Both the position numbers and the translations under genes were made by a program. A stretch of DNA of 64,000 nt, from the NCBI GenBank assembly GCA_964016885.1, contig OZ024744.1, positions 117,676,001 through 117,740,000 on the forward strand, in the 5' to 3' direction. This document shows, piece by piece, positions 42,031 to 59,072 of this stretch; position 1 is the stretch's first letter, and each line of letters starts with the position of its first letter. The notes below the pieces were generated by a model, which saw only the letters and a list, made by a program, of their open reading frames with translations, did no database searches and had not been told where the DNA came from. The DNA is from Eledone cirrhosa. Taxonomy: Eukaryota.

Positions 42031-42960
42031 TGTGTTCTTGAACAAGACACTTCATTTCACATTACTCCAGTATACTACAGTGGAGGTATGTGGTGGCCTA
42101 GTGGTAAGGGTATTAGACTGGGTTGTGTGTTGTGTTCTTGAACAAAACACTACATTTCACATTACTACAGTATACTACAGTAGAGGTATGTGGTGGCCTA
42201 GTGGTAAGGGTGTTAGACTGGATTGTGTCTTGTGTTCTTGAACAAAACACTTCATTTCACATTACTCCAGTATACTACAGTAGAGGTATGTAGTGGCCTA
42301 GTGGTAATGGTGTTAGACTGGATTGTGTCTTGTGTTCTTGAACAAAACACTTCATTTCACATTACTCCAGTATACTACAGTGGAGGTATGTGGTGGCCTA
42401 GTGGTAAGTGTGTTAGATTGGGTTGTGTGTTGTGTTCTTGGACAAAACACTTCATTTCACATTACTCCAGTATACTATAGTGCCAGGTATGTAGTGGCCT
42501 AGTGGTAAGGGTGTTAGACTGGGTTTTGTGTTGTGTTCTTGAACAAGATACTACATTTCACATTACTCCAGTATACTACAGTGGAGGTATGTGGTGGCCT
42601 GGTGGTAAGGGTGTTAGACTAGGTTGTGTGTTGTGTTCTTGAACAAAACACTACATTTCACATTACTCCAGTATCCTACAGTGGAGGTATGTGGTGGCCT
42701 AGTGGTAAGGGTGTTAGACTAGGTTGTGTGTTGTGTTCTTGAACAAAACACTTCATTTTACATTACTCCAGTATCCTACAGTGGAGGTATGTGGTGGCCT
42801 AATGGTAAGGGTGTTAGATTGGGTTGTGTGTTGTGTTCTTGAACAAAACACTTCATTTCACATTACAACTGTATACTACCGTGGAGGTCTGTGGTGGCCT
42901 AGTAGTAAGGGTGTTAGACTGGGTTGTGTGTTGTGTTCTTGAACAAGATACTTCATTTCA
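42031..42960 (+). repeat. 100-bp tandem repeat (9 full units plus a partial) derived from a tRNA-SINE head
   Basis: TGTGTTCTTG recurs at 42031, 42131, 42231, 42331, 42431, 42532, 42632, 42732, 42832 and 42932. Most units carry the Pol III A-box TGGCCTAGTGG (a few have one mismatch) and a CORE-like TGTGTTCTTGAACAARACACTTCATTTCAC segment. Confidence 0.93.
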
Positions 42961-43130
42961 CTTTGTTGCAGTATACTCAGCTGAAAATAACTACTAGCAA
43001 TAGCTGAAGATTAAAACCAGTAATGAACTGGTGTCCTGTCCAGGGGAGTCTTGTACTCTCAGTTACTCTTTGCCATGGAAACTGAGATAAGCACTGACCT
43101 GTAGATCCCCAGAGCTTGTGTCAGACTTTA
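42882..43130 (+). mobile_element. tRNA-derived SINE body and 3' part (last unit of the 100-bp array runs into it)
   Basis: The last unit continues into CAGTATACTCAGCTG...ATGAACTGGTGTCCTGTCCAGGGGAG...ATGGAAACTGAGATAAGC...CAGACTTTA, which resembles 3' segments of invertebrate SINEs. The head is similar to the SINE at 53796. Confidence 0.7.
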
Positions 43131-43404
43131 GAAGACATTATGTTAACTTAGAAATGTAATAATATCCCTGTCAAAGGTAGAAAGTTAAACCAAATCACCT
43201 TGACATGGTCATAGTCAGAATGGTAATTTAGACAATTATGGTGCCTAATCATTATCATAATTAGCACACCATATTTTATTAACATTCATTCTTCTATGCT
43301 ACTATCTGTTAGAAGGTTTAACCATTTAGCATTTACCTTGCTCTATATGTACTATTGTATTTTCACAGTAAAGGCTTTACCTCACATATCTTCTTCTTCT
43401 TCTT

Positions 43405-43604
43405 NNNNNNNNNNNNNNNNNNNNNNNNNNNNNNNNNNNNNNNNNNNNNNNNNNNNNNNNNNNNNNNNNNNNNNNNNNNNNNNNNNNNNNNNNNNNNNNN
43501 NNNNNNNNNNNNNNNNNNNNNNNNNNNNNNNNNNNNNNNNNNNNNNNNNNNNNNNNNNNNNNNNNNNNNNNNNNNNNNNNNNNNNNNNNNNNNNNNNNNN
43601 NNNN
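43405..43604. other. Assembly gap of 200 N
   Basis: Exactly 200 N, flanked by (TTC)n on the left and (TA)n on the right. The true distance is unknown. Confidence 0.99.
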
Positions 43605-50512
<6,908 letters not shown>

Positions 50513-50989
50513 GTTTTCTCTTTCTCTTAATTTCAAGTATATTTTTTTGACCGGCCACCTTCCTGGTGGCAAGGTTGTAAAAGAAAAGAAATTGTCATCC
50601 CTTGAATCGCAAGAATGTTTTGCATATTTTGAAGGTGTCAGCTATCGCAGCCATTTGTAGACTATGAATTAGGGAGCTGCGCTTTTTGTCCGCAAATCCA
50701 AGTTCGGTCATACTTTTGTCCAAGCGGGTTGGTATATAACCCGTAGCAACAATAATGATGGGTATGAAGCTAAAGGTGTATCTTGGATACTGGATTTGTA
50801 AACTCCTCATCAATGGTCCGTAGATGTCCTCCTTCTCCTGTATTTTTCTGACAACGTTTACATCAAGTGGGCAGCTGATCTCCACAACAGAACACGTTTT
50901 CGATGTGTGGTCCCAAACTACAATATCAGGCCGGTTGTGCTTTAATTTGGTGGCAGTTTTTATTTTCAGGTTCCACCAGTATTCCTTAG
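50513..50989 (-). mobile_element. 3' fragment of an R4/Dong-type non-LTR retrotransposon (restriction-like endonuclease domain and short 3' UTR)
   Basis: Minus-strand translation 50988-50595 gives [59 protein letters not shown]...IPIIIVATG...KTFLRFKG*, which fits the REL signature RPD-x14-E...K. It is 5'-truncated into microsatellite. Confidence 0.82.
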
Positions 50990-51089
50990 TGTATGTATGT
51001 ATATATGTATGTATGTATATATATGTATGTATGTATGTATATATATATGTATGTATATATGTATGTATGTATGTATATATATATGTATG

Positions 51090-51123
<34 letters not shown>

Positions 51124-51153
51124 TGTATGTATGTATGTATGTATGTATGTATA

Positions 51154-51190
<37 letters not shown>

Positions 51191-51265
51191 ATGTGTATGT
51201 ATGTATGTGTATGTGTATGTAAATATATGTATGTGTATGTATATATATGTATGTATATATGTATG

Positions 51266-51350
<85 letters not shown>

Positions 51351-51776
51351 GTGTGTGTGGGGGGGGTATGTATGTATGTGTATGTATGTGGGTGTGTGTG
51401 TGGGGGGGGTGTATGTATGTATGTGTATGTATGTGGGTGTGTGTATGTATGTATGTATATGTATGTATATGTATATGTATGTATATGTATATGTATGTAT
51501 ATGTGTATGTATGTATATGTGTATGTATGTGTATGTATGTATGTATATGTATGTATGTATATGTATGTATGTATGTATATGTATGTATGTATATGTATAT
51601 ATGTATATATGTATATATGTATATATGTATATATGTATATATGTATATATGTATATGTATATATGTATATGTATATATGTATATATGTATATGTATATAT
51701 GTATATGTATATATGTATATGTATATATGTATATATGTATATATGTATATGTATATATGTGTATATATATATATAT
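50990..51776. repeat. (TATG)n/(TG)n compound microsatellite
   Basis: Direct inspection; includes two short G runs near 51359-51410. Confidence 0.95.
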
Positions 51777-52163
51777 AACTACACCTCTCAAAGTCAATGA
51801 CACACGACCGTGACTTCTGGCGTCGCGCAGTAATACAGGGTACCCGACCTCCCATGGGTACATGCTGAAGCATATAAACAATATGCCCCCCCCCCCCCAC
51901 CGCAAGGTGGTCGTGGAGGTGCCACGGCAAAAAAGCACCCAGCCCACACTGTAAAGTGGACGTGTAGGCGCCACGAAAAAGCACCCAGCACTCACTGTAA
52001 ATGAGGTTGGTGTTAGGAAGGGCATCCAGCTGTAGAAATCAAGCCAGATCAGTTCCTGTATGAGCAAGGCATGGTCAGCCGACCAGACACTGCCCACAAC
52101 AGGACAACCCGTCTAACCCATGCTAGCGTGGAAGAACGGACGTAAAACGGTGATGATGATGAT
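51777..52163 (+). mobile_element. 5'-truncated RTE-clade LINE 3' end (lineage A) with (GAT)n tail
   Basis: Encodes the ORF end [29 protein letters not shown], then a 3' UTR and TGATGATGATGAT. It is almost identical to the reverse complement of 55060-55452. Confidence 0.9.
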
Positions 52164-52166
52164 ATA

Positions 52167-52211
<45 letters not shown>

Positions 52212-52396
52212 GTATATATATATATGTATATATATATATGTATGCATATATATGTATGCATATATATGTATGCATATATATGTATGCATATATATGTATG
52301 CATATATATGTATGCATATATATGTATGCATATATATGTATGTATGTATATGTATGTATGTATGTATGTATATGTATGTATGTATGTATGTATGTA
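52164..52396. repeat. (TA)n/(TATATATGTATGCA)n microsatellite
   Basis: Direct inspection; a 14-bp unit is repeated several times. Confidence 0.9.
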
Positions 52397-52590
52397 GATA
52401 AATCTACCAAGAGTTTACGGTAGTGTCCAATCCGTATGAAGAACTCAATGTAATCCGGATATCATGGAAAGAAGAGATGCAATGGAAAATCACTTTCGGT
52501 GAAAGATAAACGGAATACAGAGTCAAGAGAAAGTATTAAAAAAATAATGAATAAAACAATGAAACAGTTCCTTATATTAAACAAAAAAAG

Positions 52591-52743
52591 TTCATTATTT
52601 AACGATCGTTTCTAGGACATATATGTGTTAGAATTGGTATGCATATTCAACAGATCTATGTACAAAATTATACAAAATTATACAAATTATCAAATATAAT
52701 ATACATACCAACACATACATATGCCGTCTTCAGAAATAATGAA
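52591..52743 (-). ncRNA. Type I hammerhead ribozyme with long stem II and minimal palindromic stem III
   Basis: Minus strand reads UUCAUUAUUU-CUGAAGA-[114 nt self-complementary stem II]-GAAAC-GAUC-GUU^AAAUAAUGAA. Stem I is a perfect 10 bp, the CUGANGA and GAAA core is intact, and the NUH triplet is GUU. Confidence 0.82.
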
Positions 52744-53209
52744 ATATATTTATTGATAATAACAACAATTCAAAATTACAGGTCTGTTTGGGAACAGAGT
52801 TCAAATTGACCAATGAAATACACAAAAATATATCAAGAAAATACAGTTAGGTGTATGTATATATGTAAGTAACTTCGTCCACAGATATGCATAAAAATAT
52901 ATGTTCACATGCATGCGCATGTCGAAAAAATGTATGTAAATACAAAAATTCAGGGCTAATGTCTCTGTATGTTTATAATCTACGGATAAAATACACATAC
53001 GCATATAAACATATATAGATTCATATATACATACATTCACACACACACACGCGCATATACACATAAACATACACATACCCACGAACATACACACAAACAC
53101 ATATGTATATATTATTATTATAACTATATGGATATTAAGGCGCACACATAAACACTGCCACATATATTTTTATATCCAGATGCAGAAGTGGGTAAGGGGG
53201 TCAGTAATT

Positions 53210-53240
53210 ACTAAGGGTGTCAGAGAACTGCCTATTTATA
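53210..53240 (-). promoter_or_regulatory. Candidate TATA box plus initiator-like motif pointing toward the hammerhead
   Basis: Minus strand TATAAATA at 53240-53233, with TTAGT about 28 nt downstream. The AT-rich context makes a chance match possible. Confidence 0.3.
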
Positions 53241-53795
53241 AAATGTATCTATAAATTTAGAAATAAAAAGAAATATATAAAAAAAAATATAAACAAGTAA
53301 AATATATACTCATACATAAAATACACACCGATATACATATATATATATATATACACACACATATATATATATACATATATATATATACATATACATACAT
53401 ACATACATAGAGACACATACATATATAAATACATAGACACATATACAAACACACATATATATATATATACATATATTCACAACACATATATATATATATA
53501 TACATATATTCACAACACACATACATATATACACATATATGTACACACACATACATATATATACATATATACATACACACACATATATATACACACATAT
53601 ATACATATATATATACACATACACACACATATATATATATATATATAACACATATATGTCCTAGAAACGATCGTTAAATAATGAACTTTTTTTGTTTAAT
53701 ATAAGGAACTGTTTCATTGTTTTATTCATTATTTTTTTAATACTTTATGTATGTATGTATATATATATATATATGTATACATATATATGTATAAT

Positions 53796-54107
53796 GGAGG
53801 TATATGGCTTAGTGGTTAGAGCATTGGCCTTGCAATCGAAAGGTTGAGTTCAACAATGTGTTGTTTCCTTGAGCAAGAGACTTTATTTCACGTTCCAGTT
53901 TACTCAGCTGTAGAAATGAGATAAGGACTGGGGTCCCTATCATTCCACTGCAAAGTGGTCGTGGAGGTACAATGCAAAAAAGCACCCAGCACTCACTGTA
54001 AATGAGGTTGGTGTTAGGAAGGGCATCCAGCTGTAGAAATCAAGCCAGTATCAGTTCCCGTCCCACCCTTGCAAGCAGGGAAAAGCGGACATAAAATGAT
54101 GATGATG
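53796..54107 (+). mobile_element. tRNA-derived SINE with RTE-derived 3' tail ending in (ATG)n
   Basis: A-box TGGCTTAGTGG (53805-53815), degenerate B-box GAGTTCAA and CORE-like TGTTTCCTTGAGCAAGAGACTTTATTTCAC. These are followed by about 70 nt matching the RTE 3' UTR and an ATGATGATGATG tail. Confidence 0.8.
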
Positions 54108-54208
54108 TATATGTATATATATATATATGCATATATATATATATGTGTATATATATATATATATGCATGTATGTATATATATATATGTGTATATATATAT
54201 GCATGTAT

Positions 54209-54513
54209 ATCAGTATACACTGAGGATGAAAAACTCAGAGCTGTATGGAAGCATCCCAAAAGTCAGCTCAAAAGTGACACTGAGGTTGGCTGGACATGCT
54301 CACCGACATCCAGAGTTGGCATTGCACTCAGTGCTCCTGTGGGAGCCCCTACATGGACACACTAGAAGAGGAAGACCAAGGTTAACGTATGTTGATGCCC
54401 TAAGGACAGACACTGGTCTGTTGGAGACGCAGGACATGGCAGCGATAATGAGGGACAGAGACCGCTGGAGAGAATTCGTCGATGGATCTCGGGAATTTTA
54501 CCCGCCTTAGATA
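54209..54513 (+). mobile_element. 5'-truncated 3' fragment of RTE-clade LINE lineage B
   Basis: QYTLRMKNSELYGSIPKVSSKVTLRLAGHAHRH...SREFYPP* matches the C-terminus of ORF 56141-57490 apart from a 9-nt in-frame deletion and a few substitutions. Confidence 0.9.
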
Positions 54514-54989
54514 GAGAGAGATGTATATATATATGTATATATGTGTATGTATGTATATATATGCATATGTATGTATGTATATATGTATGTATATATGTAT
54601 ATATCTATGTATGTATGTATATATATATGTATGTATGTATGTATATATATATGTATGTATATATGTGTATGTATATATATATATGTATGTATATATGTGT
54701 ATGTATATATATATGTGTATGTATATATGTGTATGTATGTATATATGTGTATGTATATATATATGTGTATGTATATATATATGTGTATGTATATATGTGT
54801 ATGTATGTATATATGTGTATGTATGTATATATGTGTATGTATGTATATATGTGTATGTGTATGTATATATGTGTATGTATGTATATATGTGTATGTATGT
54901 ATATATGTGTATGTATGTATGTATGTATGTATGTATGTATATATGTATGTATGTATATATGTATGTATGTATGTGTGTGTGTGTGTGTA

Positions 54990-55024
<35 letters not shown>

Positions 55025-55054
55025 ATGTATGTATGTATGTATGTATATATATAT
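54514..55054. repeat. (TATG)n/(TG)n microsatellite
   Basis: Direct inspection. Confidence 0.95.
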
Positions 55055-56020
55055 ATCATCATCATCATCATCACCGTTTTACGTCCGTTCTTCCACGCTA
55101 GCATGGGTTAGACGGGTTGTCCTGTTGTGGGCAGTGTCTGGTCGGCTGACCATGCCTTGCTCATACAGGAACTGATCTGGCTTGATTTCTACAGCTGGAT
55201 GCCCTTCCTAACACCAACCTCATTTACAGTGAGTGCTGGGTGCTTTTTCGTGGCGCCTACACGTCCACTTTACAGTGTGGGCTGGGTGCTTTTTTGCCGT
55301 GGCACCTCCACGACCACCTTGCGGTGGGGGGGGGGGGGGGGGGCATATTGTTTATATGCTTCAGCATGTACCCATGGGAGGTCGGGTACCCTGTATTACT
55401 GCGTGACGCCAGAAGTCACGGTCGTGTGTCATTGACTTTGAGAGGTGTAGTTGGGTAAGGTCGGCTTTTATCACCTCATCCCAAGTCATCTTGGGTCTCC
55501 CCACTCCGCGGTTTCCATCAACTTCTAGTACTCTGCACCTTTTTATGCAGCTGTCATCCTTCATACGCATCACATGTCCATACCAGCGTAACCGCCTCTC
55601 CTGCACGCAGCATTTGATTCCTCTTATGCTCAGTCTCTCTCTCAATTCATTTATGCTTTGTCGTTCACGTATATTACTGTTACACATCCATCGGAGCATG
55701 CAGGCTTCGTTTCTCTCTAATCTACGTAAGTCTTCCACCTTCAGCGCCCAGGTCTCACTACCATGCAACATCGCTGTTCGGATACACGCATCATACAGTC
55801 TGCCTTTCATTCTGAGGGAGAAGCCTTTTGCAGCTAGCAGTGGTAGTAGTTCCCTAAACTTCTTCCATCCCGTTCTTACCCTAGTTATTGTACTTTCTGA
55901 GCACCCACCTCCATTGCTAATTCGGTCACCTAGGTAGCAGAAGCTGTCTACTGTTTCTACAGAGCCCTCCCAGAGATTGGTGGTACTTGTTTCCTGTGGC
56001 TGTTTGCTTGCTGTTTCAGC
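55055..56020 (-). mobile_element. 5'-truncated RTE-clade LINE (lineage A) with (GAT)n tail
   Basis: Open frame from about 56019 to 55361: [26 protein letters not shown]...MLHGSETWALK...RRLRWYGHVMRM...GRPKMTW. It is closely related to the C-terminus of 59472-60692. (ATC)n lies at 55055-55073. Confidence 0.9.
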
Positions 56021-56137
56021 ATATGTATATATATATGTATATATATATGTATATATATATGTATATATATATGTATATATATATGTATGTATATATGTAT
56101 GTATGTATGTATATATATATGTATGTATATATATATG

Positions 56138-58196
56138 TATCTAAGGCGGGTAAAATTCCCGAGATCCATGGACGAGTTCTCTCCAGCGGTCTCTGTCCCT
56201 CATTATCGCTGCCATATCCTGCATCTGCAACAGACCAGTGTCTGTCCTTAGGGCATCAACATATGTTAACCTTGGTCTTCCTCTTCTAGTGTGTCCATGT
56301 AGGGGTTCCCAAAGGAGCACTGAGTGCAATGTCAACTCTGGATGTCGGTGAGCATGTCCAGCCAACCTCAGTCTCCTCTGTGTCACTTTTGAACTGACTT
56401 TTGGGATGCTCCCATACAGCTCTGAGTTTTTCATCCTCAGTGTATACTGATTAATGTTCAGAGCCATCCTCAGCATTCTCGTGTAGCACCCATCCACCAT
56501 CTGAGTGAGTCTCTTGGTCAGTGTCCAAGTCTCAGACCCATACAGCAGCACAGACTCCACTACAGCAATGAAGAGGCGGATTTTCAGGTCTCTACGAAGG
56601 TCCGACTTCCACACCGACCTCAAGCTGTGACACGCCGCCCAGGCCTTGCTCTTCCTCTCAACCACATCATCTTCCGTATTCCCAATCTTTGCTCCCAAAT
56701 ACAGGAAGTCCTCAACCAATTCCAGCGGCTTCCCGCCTACATTAGTGATCCCCTCTGGCTTCTCAACATTCTCTACCAGATATTTTGTTTTAGTCTCATT
56801 CATTCTCAGCCCCACACTCATCGACACAGTCCCAACCTCCCGCATCAAATCCTCTGCCTCCTTCACTGTATTTGTCACCAAAACTATGTCGTCGGCAAAT
56901 TCAGCATCCGATACCTTTTTCGCACCAACTCTCCTGCTCTGAGCCGGTGCTACAGTAAAGCCAGTGTCCTGGTGTTTCTCCAGTGCAAGGCGCATACAAT
57001 AGTCCACTACGATGATAAAAAGGTAGGGAGCCAATGTATCTCCCTGGAGCACTCCAGCCAGTATCTCAAAGAACTCTGTCATCCCATCAGGTGTAATGAC
57101 TTGGGCTTTGGTGTTGGTGTAGAGCAGTGATATCAGGTCCACTATCCTCTTGGAGATTCCATAAGCCTGTAAGATCTTCATCAGGCAGTAACGGTCCACA
57201 GAATCAAAGGCCTTCCTAAAGTCAATGAAAACCATGACCGCAGGAAGGCACTTTGCTCTAGCTCCCTCTAATATCCTCAGCATCAGGATGTGACTGGTGG
57301 TTGATCTACCCTCTCTGAAGCCGTTCTGGTTGTCCCTGAGCTTCTTCTCCATCTCAGGCTGGATCCTGTTAAGAATCATCCTGTTGAGGGTCTTTGCCAC
57401 AAGTGACGTCAGTGAGATCCCCCGGTAGTTGTTGGTGTTAGAGAGATCTCCCTTCTTTGGCACTGGGACGATGTTACTGATTCGGGGCAACTCCTTTCTT
57501 CAGTGCCCCGTTACAGAACCCCAGGATGATATCATCAAAATCACACCTCTTCATCACCTCTGATGCCACTCCATCTTCTCCATGAGCCTTGCCCTCCTTG
57601 ATCTTCTTCTTGGCTCTCTGAAGTACCTCTCTGGTGAAGGGCTCTGTCTCAACATCCAGTTCCTCAAACAGCCGCCTGATCTCCCCAGTCCTCTGGGCTG
57701 TGGAGGGTGGCTCTCCTAGTAGGGTCCTAAAATGGTCTAGCCATTTCCTCTTCCTATCCTCGGGCCCCGTTCCCTGGATCTGACTCGAACACCTTTTCTT
57801 CCTCCCTGTGATCTCGTTGATGATCATCCAGCACTCCTTACATCCAGATCTGTCAACCGCTCTCTCCACACTTCTGATCTTCTCTATCAGTGCCTCCTCT
57901 CTGACCTCAGTGTAAGCGGTACAGAGCTCTTCCCTCATCACCTCCACAGTCTCCATCCTCTCCTCCGTAGGATCAGCATAGAATTGTTCCCTGGGAGCTT
58001 TCAGGTGTTCTCTGGCTGCACACACTTTTGGGTTTGCAGAGCTGACGTGCTTCCCTTTGTTCTTTTTCCTCGGCACCAGGGTTTCACTTGCTTTCGCCAC
58101 TGCATTGGTGAAGTGCCCGTACCTCCTCGTCACACTCTCCTCAGTCCATCCAATCTCCCTCTCCTCTGACTCTCCACACAGAGCACTAAACCTGTT
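56138..58196 (-). mobile_element. 5'-truncated RTE-clade LINE (lineage B) with disrupted reverse transcriptase ORF
   Basis: RT motifs PKKGDL..NYRGISL, NQNGFREGRS, FIDFRKAFDS, GVLQGDTLAPYLF, FADD, YLG, LLYGSETW, RRLRLAGH. The frame is broken near 57476 and no endonuclease domain is retained. Confidence 0.92.
56141..58196 (-). pseudogene. LINE reverse transcriptase, frameshifted (segments 57474-58196 and 56141-57490)
   Basis: The upstream segment (NRFSAL...GKAHGEDGV...APNQ*) and the downstream segment ([10 protein letters not shown]...) are in different frames, consistent with a small deletion. Confidence 0.85.
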
Positions 58197-58459
58197 ATAT
58201 ATATGTATGTATATATATATGTATGTATATATATATGTATATGTATATATGTATGTATGTATATATATGTATGTATGTATATATATGTATGTATGTATAT
58301 ATATGTATGTATGTATATATATGTATGTATGTATATATATGTATGTATGTATATATATGTATGTATGTATATATATATGTATGTATATATATATGTATAT
58401 ATATATATGTATGTATATATATATATGTATATATATATATGTATATATATATATGTATG

Positions 58460-58513
<54 letters not shown>

Positions 58514-58519
58514 TGTATG

Positions 58520-58587
<68 letters not shown>

Positions 58588-59072
58588 TGTATGTATATAT
58601 ATATGTATGTATATATATATATGTATATATATATATGTATATATATATATGTATATATATATGTATGTATATATATATATGTATATATATATATGTATAT
58701 GTATATATGTATATATATATATGTATATATATATGTATGTATATATATATGTATATATGTATATGTATATATGTATATATATATGTATGTATATATGTAT
58801 GTATATATGTATGTATATATGTATGTATATATGTATGTATATATGTATGTATATATATATGTATATATATATGTATATATATATGTATATATATATGTAT
58901 ATATATATGTATGTATATATGTATGTATATATATATATGTGTATATATATATGTATATATATATATGTATGTATATATGTATATATATATATGTATATAT
59001 ATATATGTGTATATATATATATATGTGTATATATATATATATGTGTATATATATATATATATGTGTATATAT
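58197..59072. repeat. (TA)n/(TATG)n microsatellite
   Basis: Direct inspection. Confidence 0.95.

Larger units (their letters stand above)
52397..53746 (-). mobile_element. Non-coding Penelope-like or retrozyme-like element with a hammerhead ribozyme and an inverted partial terminal repeat
   Basis: Contains a type I hammerhead (52591-52743) and a perfect inverted copy of 52530-52630 at 53646-53746. No RT or GIY-YIG ORF is present. The class assignment is inferred from this architecture. Confidence 0.6.
52530..53746. repeat. Perfect 101-bp inverted repeat (arms 52530-52630 and 53646-53746)
   Basis: AAAGTATTAAAAAAATAATG...CTAGGACATATATGTGTTA against TAACACATATATGTCCTAG...ATTTTTTTAATACTTT; no mismatch found by eye. 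Confidence 0.93.

Noticed and set aside
41761-42942. Short plus-strand ORFs at the array edge and in the 100-bp repeat
   Set aside because: They derive from repeat sequence with non-triplet periods and show no protein motifs.
52530-53746. MITE or DNA transposon defined by the 101-bp inverted repeats
   Set aside because: The left arm is internal to a longer element and cuts through the hammerhead, and no target-site duplication is evident. An inverted Penelope-type terminal repeat explains it better.
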